Shown: in pieces, positions 16,915 through 24,500 of the stretch
Layout of the letters: the number at the start of each line of letters is the position of its first letter
Numbering within the stretch: the first letter of the stretch is position 1
DNA from: a virus
Taxonomy: Duplodnaviria; Caudoviricetes
Virus record (IMG/VR): IMGVR_UViG_3300046010_005694
Location: 1 to 38,434 of that record
Direction: 5' to 3' (one strand)
DNA: 38,434 nt
Translations under genes and position numbers: made by a program
The notes under the pieces: model-generated
Told to the model about the DNA's origin: nothing
Seen by the model: the letters and a program-made list of their open reading frames with translations, nothing else
The model's database searches: none

Positions 16915-17081
16915 ATAAATCGGAAAAAAATAAACGCGGATTCCAAAAGCAAATGGAAGAAGGCAAGCGCGTTAACGTGTATCTTGACGCAAAGAGCTTG
17001 GAGATTGCCGCAAAGCTTGGTGAAGGAAATGTAAGCGAAGGAATACGCAAAGCATTAGCGAAAAGTGGCGTCGTTAGTTAA
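16911..17081 (+). CDS. Ribbon-helix-helix DNA-binding protein (56 aa), mini-operon gene 3 (not in ORF track)
   Basis: GKRVNVYLDAKSLEIAAKLGEGNVSEGIRKAL: beta-ribbon, helix, turn, SEGIR helix pattern. Confidence 0.75.
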   Translation: MNKSEKNKRGFQKQMEEGKRVNVYLDAKSLEIAAKLGEGNVSEGIRKALAKSGVVS

Positions 17082-17141
17082 TTAGACAACGATTTTATAA
17101 AATCATCTTCCGCAAAAGTGCTTTTTATCTTCCGCAAAAAT

Positions 17142-17166
17142 GAAAAAGCCCACTCGAAAGTGGGCT
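17142..17166 (-). terminator. Terminator replacing the host tRNA terminator after integration (possibly bidirectional)
   Basis: Minus strand AGCCCACT-TTCG-AGTGGGCT-TTTT just past the tRNA CCA. Confidence 0.85.
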
Positions 17167-17182
17167 AAGTCATTGATTATAT

Positions 17183-17230
17183 TGGGGTGGACGATGGGGC
17201 TCGAACCCACGACAACAGGAATCACAATCC
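17183..17230 (-). tRNA. 3' half of tRNA-His(GUG) serving as attP core (fragment, not a full tRNA)
   Basis: Minus strand GGATTGTGATTCCTGTTGTCGTGGGTTCGAGCCCCATCGTCCACCCCA: anticodon loop, T-arm, acceptor 3' strand, discriminator C and CCA; no D-arm upstream. Confidence 0.92.
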
Positions 17231-17336
17231 ACGGCGGGAAGTGATATAAAACAACGGCTTAAGACACTTTTGCGGAATTTCACAAGTAGAAGCAAGCCCC
17301 ACAAATTTAACCTATTTCGCCGCATCTTCCGCAAAT

Positions 17337-17762
17337 TTAGGGGATCAAAAACAAGTCGCGCTCGGCGGTGCGGCGGATCGTTAAGCCGCGAACCGCCCGC
17401 CCGCCCGCCTTGTTCCAAAGCAAAAACTTTTCCGCCGCGGCGTTGAACTCGCCGCGCTTCGCGAGTCGGCAAACCGACGAAGCCCCGAACGCACCAAGCC
17501 CGATGTTATAGGCGAGTGACACGCAAGCGACTAGGCGATTTCCTGAAAGCCCAGGGCAACGCGCCAAGACCCCCGACATAAAATAAATTAGTCGACGGCG
17601 CAAAGCGCTATCGGCTTGTTCCTGCGTCCAGACCATGCCAGGCACGACGCCGAGCGTTTCGCCGTGCCCTATCGTCCAAACGCCGACGATGTCTTGATAC
17701 GCCCGAAGGCGGCACCCTTCGAACTTAGCGACGAAGGCGAACGCTTGGTCGAGGGTGTTCAT
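17337..17762 (-). CDS. Endolysin, GH24 lysozyme
   Basis: FEGCRLRAYQDIVGVWTIGHGET (E-x8-D-x5-T), SLAYNIG, WNKAGG..VRGL..RR.AER. Confidence 0.96.
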   Translation of the reverse strand: MNTLDQAFAFVAKFEGCRLRAYQDIVGVWTIGHGETLGVVPGMVWTQEQADSALRRRLIYFMSGVLARCPGLSGNRLVACVSLAYNIGLGAFGASSVCRLAKRGEFNAAAEKFLLWNKAGGRAVRGLTIRRTAERDLFLIP

Positions 17763-18235
17763 TTATTTACTTTGTCGAAAACGCGACCGACGAACCAAAA
17801 CGCCAAGACGCCCGAGAGCAAAGCGAAATCGTCGGGTGAATAGATTTGCACGAACACCGACGACAACGACGAGCCCGTCGCGTAAAGCATTACCGCGCCG
17901 CCCAATTTGTGCAACACATAAAGGGAGAGCAAAACGTAAGTCACGACCGGACGAACGAGGAAATTTAACGCGTCGACGATACGAACACCCGTCTTTTGCA
18001 TTTGCCCTTGAAGCGCGGTTTTTTGCGCTTCGAGTAAGGCGATTACCTGGTCGAAATTGCCTTGCACCTCGATTTCGCGCACCTTGTTGTCGCTGCGTAG
18101 CTGTTCGAGTTGAAATTGCTTGTCGAGCATTTTTAGTTCGTGCGTGTTGTCCTCTTTCTTGTGTAGCAAGTTCAGAATTTCAGGCAACAAACGAAGAAGC
18201 CCGCCCCCGAGGGCGGATAAAATAGAAAGTAGCAT
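17759..18235 (-). CDS. Holin-like membrane protein (3TM, GTA-holin-like)
   Basis: Hydrophobic N-terminus, HEL..L coiled coil, VRPVVTY, and C-terminal FWFVGRVFDK; overlaps the endolysin start. Confidence 0.7.
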   Translation of the reverse strand: MLLSILSALGGGLLRLLPEILNLLHKKEDNTHELKMLDKQFQLEQLRSDNKVREIEVQGNFDQVIALLEAQKTALQGQMQKTGVRIVDALNFLVRPVVTYVLLSLYVLHKLGGAVMLYATGSSLSSVFVQIYSPDDFALLSGVLAFWFVGRVFDKVNK

Positions 18236-18285
18236 TTTGCGTTCCTTTTAGTGTCTTTCTTTTGGATCCAAAGACGGCGAAAGTA

Positions 18286-18528
18286 TCAAGGTTTAAAACC
18301 GTGCGCTTTCGCCCATTCGAGCAAGACCGAACCCGCCCAGGCAAAAACAACGAGCACGAGCGCCGATAATGTTTTTTCGATGATCGCTTGGCGAAGCTTT
18401 ACGCTTTGCGCTTCGCGCTTAATTGCGAGTTTTACCCATTGCATTTCGTCCTCGGACAGCGACGGGGTGTTCGCTCGGAGCGCTTGCGCGATGTCGGCGA
18501 TAAATTCTTGGCGCTCTTTTGGTGTCAT
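18286..18528 (-). CDS. Small single-TM membrane protein (lysis-module, holin-like)
   Basis: C-terminal TM TLSALVLVVFAWAGSVLL; upstream of the holin/endolysin pair. Confidence 0.65.
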   Translation of the reverse strand: MTPKERQEFIADIAQALRANTPSLSEDEMQWVKLAIKREAQSVKLRQAIIEKTLSALVLVVFAWAGSVLLEWAKAHGFKP

Positions 18529-18551
18529 GTTTAGTTATCCCCGTCGGCGGT

Positions 18552-18872
18552 TTAAGGTGCGATTAGTGCGTCGCGCTCTTGTGCTTTTTGAATATAAAGC
18601 GAGAACATTGCCGCATAGACTTGCAAGCCCGTCATTGTCGCCCCTGGGATCACCTCGCCCGTTTCGGGGTTGCGCATTTGAATAACGATGTTTGGATCAA
18701 ATTCGAAATGGATGCCGGGCAAAGACTCGGCGAACTCTTTGTCGCCAGCGACGACGATAACTTCTTCGCTTAGCCGCACCATTGGCGCGCCGTGTCGCGG
18801 GTTGCTAATTAGTACCTGGTTGCAACGCTGCCAGCTTTTGCCCGAGACGTCGGTTTGGTTGTAATCTGCCAT
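18552..18872 (-). CDS. Hypothetical protein following the tail fibre (possible fibre chaperone)
   Basis: AAGGA RBS; 106 aa; position directly after the fibre gene. Confidence 0.7.
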   Translation of the reverse strand: MADYNQTDVSGKSWQRCNQVLISNPRHGAPMVRLSEEVIVVAGDKEFAESLPGIHFEFDPNIVIQMRNPETGEVIPGATMTGLQVYAAMFSLYIQKAQERDALIAP

Positions 18873-18898
18873 GATTTTTTTTCCTTTATATCGTTAAA

Positions 18899-20596
18899 TT
18901 AAATCGCGACTTCGGACGCATGCACCGCCGCGCTTACATACACGTTTGTCATTGCCGTGGCGCCCATATTAAAAACCAACGCAAGCCCTTGGTTTGTCGT
19001 GTCTGCTGTCGCGGTGAGCGTCCAACCTGTCGGCACCGTGCCGCCTAAACTTGTGACCGTTGGCGTACCAACAAACGCGACGTTTCCGGTATTACCGCGG
19101 CGAATTACGCCTTTCACTTCCCACCCTGCCGACTCGGTTCCTAAAGTCGCGAGCCGACCCGCCGACACTGTCGCTGTGAAAGTAACCAAACGAGACAAAG
19201 GCACGTTAATAATGTTCGACGCCCCGACCGCGTTCCCGTCCGATGTTAGTGTGTAGTTTGTATTGATTGCCGTAGCACTTGCCGACAAAACGGTGCGAGC
19301 GTATTGCGACCAACCACTACCCGCGCCCCTTGCGGAATAGGAACCGTGCGCAAATTTACCCGCGAAGTCCGCGAGTGCATAAGACCCGATTGCGAATGCC
19401 CGTTGCGCGTTTGCGGTGTTATTACCAATCGCAACCGATTCCATACCCGTAGCGTTAGAACCCACCCCAATAGCGACGGCGTTTGCCGCCGATGCGCTTT
19501 GCCCACCTACATTGACCGAACTAAGCCCGCCCGCGGTGCCGTTGCCGATGCTAATCGCGTTTGAATTGCTCGCGGTGCCCGCGCCTATCGCGATAGCGCC
19601 AAGAGCCGACGCGGTCGCGGTGCTGCTTCCGCCGATTGCAATCGAGCCAGACCCCGACGCGACGCCCTGGTTAAGCGCAACGGAGTTTCCGCCGCTGCCC
19701 GTCGCGGAGCGGCTTAATATTTTCCATTTGCCCGACGCCGATGCGGTCGCGCACGTAATCGTCACAGAGGAGCCAGGCGGCACCGCAATCGAACTTTCGC
19801 CACCTTGAAATGTATCAGTGCCAGCACGAATTACGTTTCGAACAACTGTCGTTTCATTGACGTAGTTGAAAATAAAGCCGACGCCCGCCGTTGCACTCGC
19901 AAGAAGCGTAATGTCGCCAGTACCCGACGTGGTGCGGATCGTTGTCGCGTGATCGCCCGCGACTAAAGTGTAAGCCGCTGTTTTGTCCGAAATTGCTTGT
20001 TTTGGGTATGTCGAAACGCCCGCGGGGGCACTTAGCGAAACAGTCCAAGCCGCCAACGTGCCCGACCCGTTGATCGTCGTCACGTTGACGACTAGCGCAC
20101 CCGTGCCACTGTTGTACGCGGTGATGTCCCCGTGCATCCAAGTCGTCGGGGTCGCGGTGCTTGCAATCTTGACCGATGCGCCCACCGTTAGCATTTTTCC
20201 GGTTTCGACGGTCAGCGACTTAGACCCAAGACCGACCGCGACGCTAGTCGTGCTTGTTGCGCTAGTGCCTGGTGCGCTTACTGCTGTTAGCGCGCTCGCG
20301 GCGGCGTTCGTTTCACTTATTAACGCGTTATCGGCGCTCGCGGCGGCGTTCGTTTCACTTATTAACGCGTTATCGGCGCTGGTTGCCGCTAGTGCAACTT
20401 GATCCGCTGCACTCGTAGCGCTCGCGGCGGCGTCGACCGCGTTGCCGTACACGTTCGCGGCAAGCCCGACAAGCTCGGTGCGGAAAGTCGGCAACGCGTT
20501 CGACCAATTATATGCAAGGGTGTTAAACGTTGCGCGGTTCGACGGGTCGGGTGCCGCTGGTAGCGTTGCGACGCTTGGGGGTGTTGTAACTGCCAT
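18899..20596 (-). CDS. Tail fibre / receptor-binding protein with YadA-head-like repeats
   Basis: Ala/Ser/Thr-rich; SETNAAAS stalk repeats; about 8 xxAIG-type motifs (SIAIG, AIAIG, AVAIG, SVAIG, AFAIG and variants). Confidence 0.82.
   Translation of the reverse strand: MAVTTPPSVATLPAAPDPSNRATFNTLAYNWSNALPTFRTELVGLAANVYGNAVDAAASATSAADQVALAATSADNALISETNAAASADNALISETNAAASALTAVSAPGTSATSTTSVAVGLGSKSLTVETGKMLTVGASVKIASTATPTTWMHGDITAYNSGTGALVVNVTTINGSGTLAAWTVSLSAPAGVSTYPKQAISDKTAAYTLVAGDHATTIRTTSGTGDITLLASATAGVGFIFNYVNETTVVRNVIRAGTDTFQGGESSIAVPPGSSVTITCATASASGKWKILSRSATGSGGNSVALNQGVASGSGSIAIGGSSTATASALGAIAIGAGTASNSNAISIGNGTAGGLSSVNVGGQSASAANAVAIGVGSNATGMESVAIGNNTANAQRAFAIGSYALADFAGKFAHGSYSARGAGSGWSQYARTVLSASATAINTNYTLTSDGNAVGASNIINVPLSRLVTFTATVSAGRLATLGTESAGWEVKGVIRRGNTGNVAFVGTPTVTSLGGTVPTGWTLTATADTTNQGLALVFNMGATAMTNVYVSAAVHASEVAI
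20292..20380 (-). repeat. Exact 42-bp tandem duplication (SADNALISETNAAA x2)
   Basis: Two identical 42-nt units within the fibre stalk. Confidence 0.95.
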
Positions 20597-20609
20597 TTTT
20601 AAATTTCCT

Positions 20610-21533
20610 TTAAATGAAGCCGCGAACGTTTAAATTTATGCTCGCATGATTAAAACCGTCGTACCCGACCGAAGCCGAGCAAATCCCAAACACGTTAAGC
20701 CCCGCGAAACCCGCGGCGTCGGACGCGATAAAACTTGCGGGAACATCGAGAACCGATTGCAATTTGAAAAGCGCTTGGTCGGCTTGGTCGCGGGGAATCG
20801 CGATAACTGCGCGCATGTTCGTTCCGTTGTTTCGGCGGACGATTTCCGTCGTGCCGTCGGTGTTCGTTTTTATCGAGCTGTTCGAATAAGGTTCGGCACT
20901 CGTACCAGGTAACGCACCGCCCCAAGTGCCTTCGCCCAAAAGCGAGGTGTAATCGCCGACGTTAATCATGCCGACACCCACGTCGGCACCGCCGCCCGCG
21001 GTGATTGTTAGTGTTAGCTCGGCGGTCGGGCGAATCGGCAAATCTTTGAGAATCACGCGGTCGATCACCTTGCGCGGCGAGAATAGATATTCGTACCAAC
21101 CGACGGGCGGTTCGGTCAAATCGAAAGTGTTCGAATAAATCGTCGTGCCGCCTGGTGCGTCTTTGAGTGTCACCGTCAAAGTGTCACCCGTTAGCCCGTA
21201 AAGCGCGGCGGAATTGAAAAAGCCAGGCGACAAAACGAAGGACAGCGAGCCCGTCGCTTTCGCTGCGGTCGATTTGTAATAATCGAACGGCGCGAAACGC
21301 TGCGTCGGGGCTTTGTCTTTCCAATAGAGCGGATCGTTCTCGGGTAACGCGACGCGCCCCGTGTGTACTTGCACACACTCATAGACGCGGTGCGTCGTGG
21401 TGCGAATGCGCAAGTCACCCAAAGCATACGAACCCGCCGACACCCAAGCCGTTTCGCCCGCTGCTGGTTCGGCGATGGTCGTGCCCGCCCCAATCATCGC
21501 GCTTGTGATTTCAATCGGTAAAATAATATTCAT
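20610..21533 (-). CDS. Tail tip/distal tail protein with CBM5/12-like insertion
   Basis: Directly after the tape measure; AWVSAGSYALGD...HRVYECVQVHT...PENDPLYW resembles a carbohydrate-binding module. Confidence 0.7.
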   Translation of the reverse strand: MNIILPIEITSAMIGAGTTIAEPAAGETAWVSAGSYALGDLRIRTTTHRVYECVQVHTGRVALPENDPLYWKDKAPTQRFAPFDYYKSTAAKATGSLSFVLSPGFFNSAALYGLTGDTLTVTLKDAPGGTTIYSNTFDLTEPPVGWYEYLFSPRKVIDRVILKDLPIRPTAELTLTITAGGGADVGVGMINVGDYTSLLGEGTWGGALPGTSAEPYSNSSIKTNTDGTTEIVRRNNGTNMRAVIAIPRDQADQALFKLQSVLDVPASFIASDAAGFAGLNVFGICSASVGYDGFNHASINLNVRGFI

Positions 21534-21539
21534 TCGTTT

Positions 21540-24500
21540 TTAGTCCTCGACTGTTACGCGCATTGGTGCGTCGGAGTTGCCGTTAACCGCGTCGCCGATG
21601 CGGCGGGTGTTTTGGTTGCCAATCGCGCCGATTTCTTGAAGGCGTTGAACTTCCGCGGTGAGCGATTCGACGAGCGATTCGAGTCGTGCGTTTTGCAAAT
21701 TCAAGGTCGCCGTCACGGGCGCGTCGAAAGATGTTGTCGTCGCTGGTGTTGCGGTGAGATTTGGCGACGCTGCGGGTGTTCGACCTTGGATTGCGGCGGC
21801 GAGGTTGTTTAATGCGGTTTGCACCGACAAAACGCTATTGTTCACGCCGTTAATCGCGTCGACTTGTTGCTTCGCAAGTGCTTCTTGCGCGTCGAGTGTT
21901 GCTAGTTGCTGGTTTGCGACCGCGAGCGCTTGTTCGGCGGCGTTTAGTTGCGGCACCGCGATTTCCTGCAATTGGCTTAACTTGCCCGCCATAACTAGCG
22001 CGGCGCGGTCGGCTTCGAATTGCGTCGTGTACTCTGTCGACGCGATGCCGTTGCGCACCGCTGCAATCGCGCTCGCGAGTTGGTTTTGTTCGGGTAGATA
22101 GCCCGTCGCTTTTGCGTTGGCGAGGGCGTTGTCTAAGAACGCATTGCCCGCAATCGCTTGCAAAGCTTTGGTGCTGTCGACCGAGTTGTAAATCGAATCG
22201 ATTTGATCGCCCAACACCCCGAACACGCCTTTAATGCTGTTCACCGATTCTTGCGCGGCTTGCTTTATTACCGAAACGCGGGTGCGTTCTGTGTCAATCG
22301 CTTTTTGCACCGCGCCGAGCGCTTCTTGTGTTGCTTGCTTCGCGTCTTCGGCGGCTTGTTGCTGGTTGCGGATCGCGACGATTTGGTCGAAGATCGAACG
22401 ATTCGATTCGTCGAGTGCGGCGCGTTGACGGGCAAGCGCTTGCACCGCCGAGTCGGTCAAGCCGTTAAGTTGGTCTTGGAGCCCCGCGCGTTCCTGTGCC
22501 ACCTGGGCGGCTTTTTGCGCCGCTGCGGCTTCGGCTTGGCGTTGCGCGTTGATCGCTTGTATTTGATCGAAAATGCCTTGATTCGATGCGTCGAGCGCTT
22601 CACGTTGGCGGGTGAGGGCTTGCGCCGCGGTGTCGGTGAGCGCGTTAAGTTGCTCTTGCAATCCGGTGCGCTCTTGTGCGATTTGCGATGTGCGTTGCGC
22701 CGCCGCTTCCTCGGCTTGGCGCTGTGCGGTCAATGCCTGGATTTGGTCGAAAATGCCGCGGTTCGATTCGTCAAGTGCTGCGCGTTGGCGTTCTAGTGCT
22801 TGCGTCGACGAATCCGTCAAGCCGTTAAGTCTGTCTTGCAACCCCGTGCGTTCTTGCGCAACTTGGGCGGCTTTCTGCGCGGCGGCTTCCTCGGCTTGTT
22901 TCTGCGCACCGAGCGCTTGGATTTGGTCGAAAATGCCTTGATTCGACGCGTCCAGTGCTGCGCGTTGACGTGCGAGCGCGTCGACTGCGGTGTCGGTGAG
23001 TGCGTTAAGTTGATCTTGCAAAGCCGTGCGCTCTTGCGCGATTTGGGTCGCCTTTTGTGCCGCTTGTTGCGCTGCTGCGTCCTCGGCTTGTTTCTGTGCC
23101 GATAGCGCTTGGATTTGGTCGAATATCCCACGGTTAGAAGCGTCGAGCGCGTCGCGTTGACGTGCGAGCGCTTGCGCTGCGGTGTCAGTTAATCCGTTAA
23201 GTTGGTCTTGTAAGGTGCCGCGTTCTTGTGCCACCTGTGCCGCTTTTTGTGCTGCTGCTTCCTCGGCTTGGCGCTGTGCGCTTAGCGCTTGGATTTGGTC
23301 GAAGATACCGCGATTCGATGCGTCCAGTGCTTCACGTTGACGCGCAAGCGCTTCGGTCGCGGTGCCCGTCATGCCGTTAAGTTGGTCTTGTAAAGACAAA
23401 CGTTCTTGCGCGACCTGGGCGGCTTTTTGCGTCGCGGCTTCCTCGGCTTGGCGCTGCGCGGTGAGCGCTTGCACTTGGTCGAATAGCCCTTGGTTAGAAG
23501 CGTCGAGCGCTGCGCGTTGGCGTTCTAGCGCTTGCGCTGCGGTGTCGGTCAGTCCGTTGATTCTGTCTTGCAACGCCGCCCGTTCCTGGGCGATTTGCGC
23601 CGCCCGTTGCGCGGCTTCCTCTTGCGCTTGTTTCTGCGCGGCGAGTGCTTGCTCTTGGGCTTGCTTTTGAGCCGATAGCGCTTGGATTTGGTCGAAAATC
23701 CCGCGGTTCGATGCGTCGAGCGCTTCGCGTTGACGGGCGAGCGCTTGCGCGGAATCACCTGTCAATGCGGCGAGTTGGTCTTGCAAATCGACGCGCTCTT
23801 GCGCCACCTGTGCCGCTCTTTGTGCCGCGGCTTCCTCGGCTTGGCGTTGCGCGCTTAGTGCTTGGATTTGATCGAAAATGCCTTGATTCGATGCGTCTAG
23901 GGCTTCGCGTTGACGTGCGAGCGCTTGGGTTGCGGTGTCGGTGAGTGCGTTAAGTTGGTCTTGCAATGCGCCGCGCTCTTGCGACACCTGGGCGGCGCGC
24001 TGTGCTGCGGCTTCCTCGGCGGCTTTCTGTGCCGATAGCGCTTGCACTTGGTCGAATATCCCGCGATTAGAAGCGTCGAGCGCTTCGCGTTGGCGCGATA
24101 ACGCTTGCGCCGCGGTGTCGGTGAGCGCGTTAAGTTGGTCTTGAAGGGTGCCGCGTTCCTGGGCGATTTGCGCCGCCTTTTGTGTCGCGGCTTCCTCGGC
24201 TTGGCGTTGCGCGGTCAATGCCTGGATTTGGTCGAATATCGCGACGTTAGAAGCGTCGAGCGCTGCGCGTTGACGGTTCAGGGATTGCGCCGCGGTGTCG
24301 GTGATCGCGTTAAGTTGGTCTTGCAACGCGCCGCGTTCCTGGGCTACTTGCGCGGCTTTCTGCGTTGCGGCTTCCTGGGCTTGCTTTTGAGCCGATAGCG
24401 CTTGGATTTGGTCGAAAATACCTTGATTCGATGCGTCTAGGGCTTCGCGTTGACGTGCGAGCGCTTGCGCCGCGCTGTCGGTCAATGCGTTAAGTTGGTC

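Larger units (their letters stand above)
17105..17335. other. attP with integrase arm-type sites and IHF boxes
   Basis: ATCTTCCGCAAA at 17105, 17127 and 17324; inverted CACTTTTGCGGAA at 17265-17277; IHF consensus AATCAATGACTTA (minus, 17166-17178) and near-match at 17249-17261; these flank the tRNA core. Confidence 0.85.

Noticed and set aside
16772-17050. Minus-strand 92-aa ORF from the ORF track
   Set aside because: Antisense to two coupled plus-strand ORFs that have promoter support and an RHH signature.
17183-17260. Complete phage-encoded tRNA-His gene
   Set aside because: The 5' half (acceptor 5' strand, D-arm) is absent; similarity begins in the anticodon stem, as expected for an attP core.
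17170-17472. 100-aa minus-strand ORF overlapping the endolysin end as a possible spanin
   Set aside because: No TM segment or lipobox; it runs through attP and the tRNA fragment.
18258-18274. Palindrome around GGATCC between lysis genes
   Set aside because: Short, AT-rich arms and a single occurrence; not distinguishable from chance.
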